The notes under the pieces: model-generated
The model's database searches: none
What the model saw: the letters and a program-made list of their open reading frames with translations, nothing else
What the model was told of the DNA's origin: nothing
Shown: positions 47,944 through 59,500 of the stretch, piece by piece
Layout: each line of letters opens with the position of its first letter
How positions within the stretch are numbered: position 1 is the first letter of the stretch
NCBI GenBank assembly: GCA_037447605.1
Contig: CM074810.1
Span: forward strand, 2,328,880-2,392,879
Reading direction: 5' to 3'
Source of the DNA: Zygnema circumcarinatum SAG 698-1b
Lineage: Eukaryota; Plantae; Zygnematophyceae
DNA length: 64,000 bases
Program-made: the position numbers and the translations under genes

Positions 47944-50780
47944 ATGGCTTGCAGCGAGCTTTCCGTTGTGGAGGAAAACCTAACTGAGAATGGAGAGAAG
48001 CCCTTAGCGCTTATCCGGCACGTCATTTTTGACCTGGACGGCACCTTGCTGGACACAGGTCAGGACCTGCAAAAGGGAGGGAAGGAGGGAGGGAGGGGGA
48101 GAGGGAGAGGGAGGGGAGAGGGAGCGGGAGAGGGAGAGGGAGAGCGAGATAGAGTGGGGGAGGGAGAGGGAGAGGGAGAGGGAGAGGGAGAGGGAAAGAG
48201 AGGGAGAGGGAGAGGGAGAGCGAGAGATAGTCGGAGAGGGACAGGGAGAGGGAGAGGGAGAGAGAGGTGGAAGGGGTGGAAGAATGGAACATAGAGTAGA
48301 GCACGACAAAATTTGAGATTATTACTTGTTGTCTACATCAACTACTCCTCTTGTCGCCTCTCACTTTCACCTTTTCCCTCCTCCTCTAGAGAGCCTTGTG
48401 CAGGAGGTAGCTCAAATACTGGTAGAGCGTTACAACAAAAAATGGGATCCTAGCGGAGCTGAGAACCGGCTGGGGAAGAGGCCTCTGGAGGGCGCGCAGG
48501 CGATCGTGGAGCAGTTCGAGCTTCCTTGCTCTGCTGCGGAATATCTTTCGGAGAGCCTCATCCTTCTCTCAGAAAGGTGACAATATAGTCCTATAATTAG
48601 TTTAGGGTATCGTCTATGCACGTTTCAGGGTTTTGGCATCTGCAGAGTTCAGGCTTCTTTCAGGTTTACGATGTCAGGAGCTAGGAGGATGTTGCATCCG
48701 TGCTACGATACTAGGGTTAGTTTTTTTAAGGTTAAGATGGGTTTAGGGTTGTCAGGGTTATGAATGTCAGTGGGGTTAATGTGTCTCGTTCAATTTAGAG
48801 GACGTGATTTCTCATCTTATGTATGTATGTGCAGATGGCATAAAGCTAAAGCTCTTCCAGGAGCGAATCGTTTCATTAAGCATTTGCAAAAGTTTAATAT
48901 TCCGCTTGCGTTAGCTTCCAGTTCACCGCGGAAAAATATCATTGCGAAGCTGTCTTATCATCCAGGTGAGGTTTTGAGCCTCTTTTATGAATTTACAAGG
49001 GTGCAATATATCGAGATATAGTCAATTTATGCATGTGTGGACGTATGCTTTTGGCGGATTCAGAATGGAAGGAAGCTTTTCCTGTAACAGTCGCAGGAGA
49101 TGAAGTTGCACTCGGAAAACCTAATCCGGAAATGTAAGCTCGCCTCTCCTCTCTCTCTCTCTCTCTCCTCTCTCTTCCCCATAGTCTCTCCCACTTTCCC
49201 TCCCTCTCATCCTCACATGTTCTCCTCAAATTTCGTCTGATCCACGTGCAAGTTTCCTGCTCACCTGTCTTTCGATCAGTGGTTGGGCTGAAACAGAATT
49301 ATAACATCACCTGTAAACTGTAACTGGAACCAAGCAAGCAAGCATGGAACCGTTTAAGAGTTTATGCCTCTTGACTTGCTATGCAGATTTTTGGCTGCTG
49401 CTGAAAAGTTGAATGCGGAGCCGAGCAGCACTTTAGTGATCGAGGATGCTCCGTAAGGTCTTGCCCCAAAGACCTAAGCCTCCACTGTTTCGATTGCAGT
49501 AAAGATTAAAATATATATACAGAGTGGAACGTATATTTTTATGGATATGTTTATATATGTTCTCCCCTCCCCCCTTCTCCCTCGTCGCCCTCTCCCTCAC
49601 CCCTTCCCACTCTCTCCCTCGTTCCTTCTCCGCCCAACTCCCTCTGCTTGTCCCGCTTCCCCCCCCTCCCTGCCTCTCTCACTCCCTCTTCCGTCCCTCT
49701 TTTTCCCTCCTTCACTCTTCTCCTCCTTGTCCCGTGTCTCCCTCTCCCCCTTCCCCTCTCCCGTCCCTCTCCCTCCTTCACTCTCCCATTCTCACTTTCC
49801 CACCTCTCTCCCTCTCCCTCTCCCCATCTCCCTCTCCCCCCTCTCTCCCCTCCCTCTCCCCTCCCTCTCCCCTCCCTCCCTCCCTCTCCCCTCCCCTATC
49901 CACCTCCCTTTTCCCTCCCTCTCTCTCCCTCCCTCTCCCCCCCTTCCCTCTCCCCTCCCCCTCTCCCCCTCCATCTCCCCCTCCCTCTCCCCCTCCCTCT
50001 CTCCCCCTCCCTCTCTCCCTGCAGTGCGGGAGTGCTGGCCGGAAAGGCAGCCGGCATGGCAGTCTTGGCAGTCCCCTCCCTCCCCAAGAAGGGAGCGCGC
50101 CCTCTCTACCGCGAGGCCGACCAGGTGGTCAGTTCGCTCTTGGATGTCAGACCGGAGCTTTGGGGGCTGCCTCCCTTTACTGACTGTGAGTAAACTAAGT
50201 TTTCCTTCACAAACGAGGAGGAGAGAGAGGGAGGCGGGAGAGGGGGAGAGACGGAGGAGGGAGGAAGGAGGAGGGAGGGGAAGGGAGAAAAGGGAGAGGA
50301 GAAGAGGGAGGAGGGAGAGGAAAATAGGAGGGAGGAGAGAGGGAAGTGGAGAGGGAGAAAGGGAAAGAAGGGAGGAGGGGAGGAGAGAGGGAGGAGGAGA
50401 AGAGGAAGAAGGGAAGGAGGGAGGGAGAGAGGAGGAGGAAGAACTTGTTTGAAGGGTTGAAATTGTTTTGGAAACGTCTGAATGCATTACTTTCATGCGA
50501 TGAAATGAAATTTCAATGTTATTTGGGTTTCTTCAGCTGTGGAGGCTTTTTCAGATTCCTCAATGTTTAGAGTTTCGATTAGAACCCGTTCCATTTGGTT
50601 TTATGGTTTCTTTGCATGTTGTTATGATCTACTGTATCTATTTTTGTGTTGTTTATTTTATAGCTACTTTTGGTTCATTTTCAGGGGTGAAGGAGGTCCT
50701 TCCTATAGATCCGTGGTACATTAAAGGGCCTGTAATTAAAGGCTTTGGGAGGGGTTCAAAAATTCTCGGAATACCTACTG
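47944..50780 (+). CDS. FMN/FHY: Bifunctional FMN phosphatase (HAD)/riboflavin kinase, 3'-partial; remaining kinase exons are not in the visible sequence
   Basis: FDLDGTLLDT, LPGANR, LASSS, GKPNPE, VIEDAP, GVLAGKAAGM and GPVIKGFGRGSKILGIPT. The last visible donor is at 50781. Confidence 0.93.
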
Positions 50781-51209
50781 GTGAGTCAATTTTCTTCTTC
50801 ATTTTTTACTTAAACATGTAGGAGTGTGCTTCAGGAAGCGATCTTCATGCTATGAATCAATGTCTCTGCAAATGACCCCTACCACTTCCCTCTGCTTCCT
50901 TCTGTGAAGGTTGAGTCTAACAAAACTCCCTTTCCTCTGTCCACGTCCTCTGCTTCCTCTCCTCCCCATACCCTCTCCCACCTCCCCCCCTCCCCTTTCC
51001 CACCTCCCTTTCCCCTTCCCCCTTCCTCTCTCCCCCTACCCCTCCCCTTTCCTCCCTCCCTACCCCCTTCCCCTTTCCTCCCGCCCTCCCACCTCCCTCC
51101 CTCCCTCCCNNNNNNNNNNNNNNNNNNNNNNNNNNNNNNNNNNNNNNNNNNNNNNNNNNNNNNNNNNNNNNNNNNNNNNNNNNNNNNNNNNNNNNNNNNN
51201 NNNNNNNNN

Positions 51210-52555
51210 CCAAGGAGGTTTCGCTCGCTCAAGGGGAATGGTATGACCCACCCCGCGTGCCGGAGGCAGACCTCTTGGCAGATCGTCTGGGAAAACATCC
51301 TCAAACGCTTTCAACAACGGTTGAAACAAAGCTGGAACAGTTGGCATTGCCTCACCCGCAGTGGGCTGCCACTCTTGATCCTCGTCATGAGCGTCCTCGG
51401 TTGCCGTCATGACTTGCACCATAAACAAGATGCTACTCGTTTTTAGTGCTCTGCCCAATTGCATGGCGGAGCACAGAAACGACAAAGATGACCGCAACGA
51501 GGCTGGTCTCGAAGGAGTGCCTGGTTGCAGAGTCATGCGTCTTCCTTCACTGCGGAGGACGCAATTAGGGACAACAAAATCTAACTGAGCGCCCATAAGC
51601 GTCAGCCATTTGCTTCCCAAGATCAAGTCTGTTCCTGGGGCTAATAACGTCAACAAGCAGTTGACCACCCCGGAGTAAGACTGAATCTTCAATTTCACGC
51701 TGACGCTACCAGAAATCTGGCCAGTGCGTCCATCCCCGAAAGTTACACTATCGGAATGAGGCTGGACTGCAAACCCTGCAGTCCTGACAAAGGCTGCGCT
51801 AACAAAGTTAGCGTCCGCGCCAGTGTCCAGCAAAACCACTGCTGAGTGTCCATCAGCCGAACCCTGGAAGGTCATAGCACGATGAGACAAGTGGAAAATG
51901 GACCGTAGCACATTCGGTGCGTGGGGGCGCACTAACCGCCACACAAGGGGGTGAGGAGACTTCACCAGCACACTGGTGGGAGCTCCAATCACCCACCTAA
52001 GAAGGGAGAAGCCCTTTTTCCAAAGCTTTACCACTTTCCACTCAGTCTGTGGATAAGCCTTCACTGCCACGTGTTGTGGGAGCAGTACTCGCAGACTGAG
52101 TACATGGTCTTTCGACCGCAGCAAGCGCAAGGCATCGAATGCACATTGCACTAAGGCATCACTGCCCATGGCATTCAAGATAATGACATGCCATTCATTC
52201 ATCAAGACAGCATTCGGAAATGCTGTTGGAGTCACAAGCATAGCAGGTGGCAATGAATAATCAGCAGGGAATGCATCGCACACAAACAACAGATTCCCGC
52301 TGAAAACTCCCCCAATCACTTTAAGAATGTCATCCGCCCTTGGAATACAACATTCTACACTAGTGATGGCAGCTAATGCGCTGCCCCCCCTACTGTCAAG
52401 CCCACCAGCAGAGACTCCTAAGCTGCTGGTGGGGAGCCGTTTTCCGCCGGCCCCTTCCCCTTTCGATCCTTCTTGAAAGATGGGCAATCGTAAGACCGAT
52501 GCCCCACCTTCCTGCAGCGGAAACACTTGTTTTCCGCTCGCAAAGCCTCCATCTC
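51210..52555 (-). mobile_element. Ty3/gypsy gag-pol fragment bounded by assembly gaps: gag zinc knuckle, -1 frameshift, extra domain, aspartic protease, start of RT
   Basis: CFRCRKVGHRSYDC (52525-52484), VLLDTGADANFVS (Asp at 51827-51825), DLILGSKWL and FEDVFPDDLPRGLPPARGVGHTIPL. Confidence 0.92.
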
Positions 52556-52689
52556 NNNNNNNNNNCCGCCACAAGGATCGAGCCCAAGACCTCCTGCGGT
52601 CTTGGCAGCGTCCTAACCTATCCGCTAGGCGCTGAGATGAAGGGGTAGTCATAGTATCACTATGAGTACGCCTCCGGGGTCACGCTGTA

Positions 52690-53437
52690 GCGTTACGCTA
52701 CACCTACATGGTCGGACTCTCATTGGTCAAGCAAAGGGTTCAAAGATCTGGAGCACCCGGAAACGTTGACATATGAGCTCGAAAGTCCAGTCTGTTTGGT
52801 AAGTCTATTTGGGTCAAACTTCGGGTTTCTAAATTTTTTGGGTTCCATTTAAGGTTTCAGGAGTTTATGGAGTATGGGTTATTTTATTTTAGAGTGGTTT
52901 CCAGTTTCCAGTTTTTCGGCGTTCTCGGTGCAGGTCTGGGGTATTTTGAGAGTTTGATGCCAACGCTAAACCCATTACTCATTCGGATGATAAGTTCAAG
53001 TTAGATTCAATTCCAATAAGTTAGTAATTATCAACCTTAAGTACCAAGCTCAAGTTAACCTTAAACCTAGAGTTGAAGTTAATCCGTTTTACTTCTTGTA
53101 TTGATCATGACCTTAAGCCGAATCTTCTCCGATACCATAACCCTAATGATAAGAACTTCAAAGGCAAAATCTGTAATTCGAACTATCAGGTCTTAACTTG
53201 AGTCGAGCCTTTTGTTAACCTTGACAATTTGTTAGGGTTGGAGTGAACCTCATTTGCACTTCACTGACTAACTTATCTTCATCACCTTTTTCCCCCCACT
53301 CCCACTCCGCTCCCTCTCCCTCTCCTCTCCCTCTCCCTCTCCCCACCTCTCTTTTTCTCTCTCGATCTCTTCTCTCGCTCTCCTTTGCTTCTGCTCGTTT
53401 TCCTCCACAGGTACATGAGGTGATGGTGCAGCCTTTT
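52690..53437 (+). pseudogene. F-box protein At4g00755-like gene. Exon ending 52798 and next exon 53411-53437, interrupted by a copia LTR
   Basis: SHWSSKGFKDLEHPETLTYELESPVCL|VHEVMVQPF matches the recalled SYWSSKG...PETLxYKL...CVITExxxQPF. GTAAGT donor at 52799 and pyrimidine-rich acceptor at 53410. Confidence 0.75.
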
Positions 53438-55007
53438 TGTTGTACAGCACTAGAGACTGTACACCGTTTTGGGACATAGACTCTCTAGGGAGGTTAGATG
53501 CGCCTTGCAGGTGTTAGAGGCGCATGTGTACGGACGTCCGAGTATACCGTACTGTACCGTATTGTACTGTACCGTACCACTTTTACCTGGTGTATGAAGT
53601 GTACAGACAGTATAGATGTACAGGAAGTGTGGCGCCGCATCGCCACGCATAAGAGTCAGCCTTCTGACGGCTTGAACCCTTGATCGATCTAGCCGCTTTC
53701 AGAGAGCTTGCTGAGACGTTTGGCTGTAGCCAGGGCAGGTGCTTATGGGATATGTGTGGGTTAGTGCAAGGAGGGACAAGTANNNNNNNNNNAGCTGCTC
53801 TCGTATGTCGATGGTACCATCAAGCCACTTGACAAGAAGACAGCGACTGCAGCCGATTTTGAAGCTTGGACTGAAAAGGATGCCAAATGTAGACACTTCT
53901 TCGCTGCAAGTATTAAAGGCAAGCCAGCTCACATGCTCATGCATCTGAAATCTGCTCGTGAGATGTGGGAGAAACTAGAGGCCACTTATGATCTAGTTGA
54001 CATCACTGGAAGGTCAAATTTATATGATGAATTAGCAACCATTAAAATGACTTCAGATGAGACAACACTAGATTACTTGATGAGGTTTGGCAATCTAATG
54101 CAGAAGTTCACTATGCTGGACAAGGTTTTAGATGAGGATCACCAAATCAATGCATTTTTCAGAGGCCTGCCCAAACGTTTTGACGTCACTGTCAATGGCC
54201 TGCGGACTCACCACTCCTTCTCTACACTCACGTTAGCCCATGCCATGGCCCGTATTAGAGAGGAAGACACATTTCAGAATGCATCCAAGCCAGGGGCAGA
54301 CGGTATCACTTAATGCGGCAGCAGAAGCCTCCGAGAGAGCGCTGACCAGAGGACCTGCAACTTCTGCACTTACTGGAAGAGGAGGGGCACATTGAATGAA
54401 GCTTCTGACCAAATAAGGCAGCCCAAGGAGTGGTAGCCTCAGCTGGGAGAAGGCAGGGAAGGGCAAAACTGTCATCTGCTATAAGTGTGACCACTTTGTA
54501 GGTCAGCAGGTCAGGAGGAGCTGCAGTAGGCATAGCTGGAACAGAAGTAGCAGAGCCTGCACAGGTAGAGAGTAGTTTGATGGCTAGGGCAGCCAAGAGA
54601 ATCGATTATGTAAATCAAGTTTATCTTAATGACAAGAATCATTTACCGTGGCTCATTGACTCAGGGGCTTCCAAACACATGTGTAGTGACACCTCTCTCT
54701 TTGCAGAAATGCAGCCTTTGGCTGAGGCTAGATGTGTGTTTTCAGCAACAAGAGATCAAGTTGATGTCACTCATGGTGGAACTGTCCATTTTGCGCCTGT
54801 TGGAGAAGGCACCCCTTTCCAACTCAGGCTTGGCAATGTCTTGCATACACCCACGTTACAAAACAATTTCTTTTCTGTTAGTCAGGTGTGTGGCAAAGGC
54901 TATGAAGGAATTTTCAGAGAAAATTCATGTAAAATTTTAGATAGAAAAACTCGGAAAATTCTATGTAGAGGGACACAAAGGGACGGCCTGTACTACTTAG
55001 ATTGGCA

Positions 55008-55504
55008 ACACGTGGGATTCAGGGAGAAGATTACGCAGCCTCGGGGCGGCCTTGAATGAGTATGGTGGAGTCATGCGTGCCCGAGGCGGCGTGGCCCGGC
55101 GGCGATCACACTTTCCCGCCCGGGCGGGCGCAGCTACTGGCGGTGGAGTGCGCGCGTGCCGAGGCGGCGGCGGCATGGCTCACTACTGCGCCTCGGGCCG
55201 GCCGGTGAGTGCGGTGGAGTCGCCCGCGGCCGGGGGCAGCTAGCGGCGGCGCGTCACACGCACTGCGCCTCCGGCGGGCGGCACAGCTACTGTGAGTCGC
55301 CGCGTGCCCAGAGGCGCCGCGGCGGCGCTGATCCCTGCAGGCCTGGGGCGGCGCCCGATGAGGCCAGCGGTATGCGCTTGCGTGCCCGGTCGCGGCGGCG
55401 GCGACGCGATCCGTCAGCGCTCGGTGTCGGACGGCCCTTGCAGCGTTGCAAGGCGCGCCGACCCGGATTGTAGTGACGTGACGCAGCGCCATGCTCCATG
55501 GCAC
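55008..55504. other. Very GC-rich, CpG-rich degenerate repeat segment inserted in copia A
   Basis: It interrupts the frame right after GLYYLDWQ. Repeated words include gtgcc(c)gaggcggcg, actgcgcctc and cagctac. Confidence 0.6.
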
Positions 55505-57700
55505 TGTTAGTGTACATAGTTAGTTCAGATTAGCATGTTTGTGTTGGCGCTTAGTTCCTAGGGGTGTGCTTCTAGGTGTGAGATGTATGGGGGCGGACTT
55601 ACTTCATGGTTGACTCAAGAGCGTGCGCGCGGAGGCGAAACCGACCGACAGCCGTACGGACAGTACGGCCAGGAGTCCGACATTCAGTACCGCTCCGAGG
55701 AATCGGTCCTGGAGTACGGAATCAAGGAATGATGCGGCGGCGGAAGACGGCGGAGTCGGTGGAGGCGGCGGAGCGTACTTTGAGTACGGAAGTTAGTCCT
55801 TGTGGGTGACGGCGGGAAGTTCAGCCCGGCGGTAGAGTACATGGCCATCTGGGTTAGAGCGGTGGTGTTGGTACGTTGCCAGGCTGGATGTACTTTGCAT
55901 AGCAAGACACGAAGTAGTTTATTTAGGTTGTTTGAATAAGGTTGTTGCATGCATGGTCCCGGCGCGTGTGACGTGACATTGTCACGTCACAGCCCCATAC
56001 TATATAGTGAGAGTGGGTGTGTAAGTTAGTAACCTTCTTGATATGCATTGCAAGGCTATGGCAGTTTGAGGGCATGGCTTTGGCAAGAGGAGGTGGACCT
56101 TTGTGAGGAGTCTCCGTGTGTGGAGAGCTGCCTCACGTGAAGGTGAAGTGATCATGTGGTGAAAGCTTGACTAGGCTTATGGGGGCTTGAGTTGGAAAGC
56201 TTGTCATCATAAAAGGAGTTTTAGGCTGGGAGCTTTCTCCTACGTTTTTCTATTCCGCCTCTTGTGTGTTGTGTGTACACTTGAGTGAAAAATGAGTGAG
56301 AGTGCTGCGGGCACCAGGAGGGAAGTTTCCATGGATAATGAAGAGGGGGAAAGGGTTGGAGATGAATTTGCTTCTCATCCCTCTGCCCCACTCACAAGTG
56401 GTATCAGAGTGACTCAGAGATTAATCCTCTTGAGTATGAGAAGTGGAGGGTTAAGGATTGCAAGGTTAGGACCCTGCTTTGTGCTGGCGTTAGTGAGGAA
56501 CCTACAGACCTGATTTCAGAGTTAAAGACAGCTCGGGAGATGTGGGATACTCTAGAGAAGATTTATGATGTGGTAGATAATGCCACTATAGTTTATCTCT
56601 ACACGGAGCTAGGAAAACTCAGTTTGGATTCAGGGGAGGAGCTGAAAGACTATGTGATCAAGTTTGATAATCTGATGCAAAAGTTTGATGGGATGAAGCA
56701 GCCCCTTCACTTGGATCACAAGATTAGTCTATTCCTTGGAGGCTTGCTGGACATATTCATCCCCTCTACTGCCTCTACCAGCCTCAGCTTTCATGTAACT
56801 TAAAGATGGGTTTGAGCAGGCTAGAGAGAGTGGTAGAGGAGGATGGTCTTCAGGATAGAAACAGGCAGGTCAGTTCGCAGAAACCGCACGCTGACCGCCC
56901 GCCCATACAGGAACGCAAGGGGACCAACGCAGCCAAAGATGGTGGAGAGCTGAAGACTCTGAAGGCTTGCTACTCTTGTGGGAAGACCGGTCACTTCAAG
57001 AGGAACTGCCCCAACATTCAGAATGGCGGTTCATCCTCGAATGCAGATGCTCCAAAAGAGCAAGAAGGGAGGAGGGGTGATGGCAGGTATCCCAGAGATG
57101 AACGCAAGAGGATTCACGAGACGAACTTGATGTTCTTGGAATTGGAACCTAATGATGAACTTAACTTTCTATGTCTTAGAGTTGAAAATTCAGCTAAACC
57201 TTGGGTAATTGATTCCGGTGCTTCAAGGCACATGTGCGTGGACGACTCACTCTTTGCAGAGAAGGAGACTTTGGAGGAAACCCGCTCGGTCTACTCAGCA
57301 ACTGGAGAAGGAGTCACGGTGACGCAAGGCGGAACAGTCAAGTTGGAGGTGCTCGGGGAGGGAAGCACGCAGAGGGTTGTCCATGTTGGTAACGTACTGC
57401 ATACTCCCGGACTACAAATTAATTTCCTCTTTGTTAGTCAGTTGTGTGAGAAGGACTAAGGAGTATGGTTTGAGAAGGGTAGTTGTGAGGTCATTTACAA
57501 GGAGACAGGGCAAGTCTTGTGCAAGGGAATCCAGCAAGGTGGGATTTACTTTCTAGAGTGGAAGGAGGCTCAAGGGCTGAGCTATCCCGCCAAGGACCCT
57601 GTAGGGAAACCCATTCGCCATAAGATAGATCCAGACCAGCTTGGAGGAGGAAAGGGGATGCTAGAGCAAGCATTGAGGCTCAGGGGAGCAGGGGATTATT
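55505..57700 (+). mobile_element. Copia element B: 5' LTR 55505-56396, tRNA-iMet PBS 56399-56410, gag with CCHC knuckle, protease
   Basis: TG...CA LTR, TGGTATCAGAGT, CYSCGKTGHFKRNC and WVIDSGASRHMC. Confidence 0.88.
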
Positions 57701-57928
57701 TNNNNNNNNNNGCCGGAAACACGGGCTTGTTGCATCCAAACAAGGATGGAGTTGAAGTGGAGGGGTCCTTTCAACCCAGGGTAGTTGAGCAGCCTGAGCA
57801 TAAGGTTGCGGCTACAAAGGAATACCCGGTTGCTGGACCTATGAGGAGTTCAGCGGAAGCGCCCAGGATCGAGTGTGAAAGGCGACCAAGTGAAGATCAA
57901 GAGGGGGAAGATGATCTCNNNNNNNNNN

Positions 57929-58141
57929 GAAGCTTGGCTCTAGTGTTGTCAAGTTGTATTTCATCTTTATCTTAAGGAGTTTTAGGTTGGTGGCTTTTTC
58001 CTTACATTTTCATATTTCCGCTGAGTTGTTCTCTTGCATTTAGTGTGCTTTGTGTGATTGAGCAATTCATTGAAGATGTCGAGTTCTACCCAAGGTAGAG
58101 GAGAAGTGGCAGCCCCACCAAGAGAGGGCGCTGCAACAACA
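57929..58141 (+). mobile_element. 3' end of LTR family C, near-identical to about 60508-60720
   Basis: About 210 bp near-identical duplicate ending GCAACAACA. Confidence 0.9.
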
Positions 58142-59500
58142 GCTAGACATAAGAAAACTGGGAATGTCTTATTTCAGGGGCACCGGAGAGAGGGCCTGTA
58201 CGTCTTACAGTGGAGTAAGCCTGAAGAAGAAGGAGAGTCAGTTTTGCTTATGACCCAAGATGAGGTGCAGAAGTGGCATAGGAGGCTTGGGCATGTGAGT
58301 TTTCGAGCCATGCGAGAGTTAGCTCAGAAGGGGTTGGTCCGAGGCTTGGACTTGGAGGGTGCGGTTGATCCACAAAGGATTTGCGATGACTGCATTAAAG
58401 GGAAGATCCATCGTGGGCCATTCGTGAGAAGAGGAGATGGAGAGGGGCGCGCCAAGGAGCCGTTGGCGCTTGTGCACACAGACTTGTGTGGCCCCATCAC
58501 CCCGGCGAGTTTGGGAGGAAGTCGATATTTCATCACTTTCCTTGATGACTACTCGCGANNNNNNNNNNCCGAAGGTCGCGCGTGGAGGGAAGTTTTTCCC
58601 CAGGGGCAAGGAGGGCTTCTTTCTTGGATACGCCAGCGATTGCAGGGCTTACAGGGTGTATAGTCTTGATACCAAGAAGGTGAAGATCTGCAGGGACGTT
58701 AGGGTGGACAAGGAGGCTCCACACGTTCCCTTTACCCACTCATGGAGGCGTGCTGATGAGTCGTGTCCACTCGGATTCACCTATGAAGGTGAAGTGATCG
58801 TGAGTCACCCTGAGCAGGAGAAGGTGCCAGTGGCCACCCAAGCTCAGACGGAGGAGAGTACCACGCCCATTCATTCACGACGGCCTGTAGAGTCAGAGAG
58901 TGATGATGAGACGAAACCGGTGACCTTTACTCCCTTGGGTTCTCCACATTGGGGAGACATGCAGGAGTCTGTGGGACCATCGGTGGAGGCATGAGCTGCG
59001 AAGTCTCAAGAGGAGACCTTCAGTTCACGAGAGGTGATAGCTAGCATGCCGCATAAGTTGGTGGCTTCAGAACCACGTGCAGTGGCGAATGAAGAGTTGC
59101 TGGAGGAGATGGCTGATGAGCCAGAGGAGGAAGTGTCAGCTCTAATGCGAGCTGTGGAGCAGCCTGAAGAGCATCCCTCTGTGATGGATAAGACAAGTGG
59201 GAGGACCAGGCGGCCTCCAAATCGTTTCAGTCCGGCTGTGCCTACGAAGCGCATGCGGAAGAGAGCACGAAAGAATGCCCAGGATCATTCTGCATCATTC
59301 TCAGGTGACATGGACATGATTGCCCATTGTTACATGGCCCATGCTGTTGAGCCTCAGACTTACGGGGAAGCTGTTGAGGGGCCAGATCAGATCAAGTGGC
59401 AGGAGGCCATTGATAGCGAGTGGAACAGTCTGATTGAGAATCAGACTTGGCGCCTGGAGAAGCTCCCACCTAGGAGGCGTGCCATCGGCTGCAAATGGGT
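58142..59500 (+). mobile_element. A third copia internal sequence (GAG-pre-integrase, integrase, start of RT)
   Basis: GLYVLQW, WHRRLGH, CDDCIKGK, VHTDLCGP, GYASDCRAYRVY, EPQTYGEA and AIGCKWV. Confidence 0.85.

Noticed and set aside
979-51304. Dozens of Pro/Ser/Leu-rich or Gly/Glu/Arg-rich ORFs in the track
   Set aside because: They arise from stop-free GA/CT tracts in introns and UTRs; there are no conserved motifs.
52566-52771. Possible gypsy 5' LTR starting TG at 52771 on the minus strand
   Set aside because: This stretch translates on the plus strand as the F-box exon (SHWSSKG...PETLTY). The gypsy fragment is bounded by the gap instead.
55630-55790. Spaced GTACGG/GGAGT repeats as a possible CRISPR-like array
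   Set aside because: The words are short and irregular and lie inside a copia LTR. There is no constant repeat/spacer period and no cas genes.
56399-56410. tRNA-like sequence TGGTATCAGAG
   Set aside because: It is the copia primer-binding site, not a tRNA gene. No rRNA or tRNA genes were recognised in the window.
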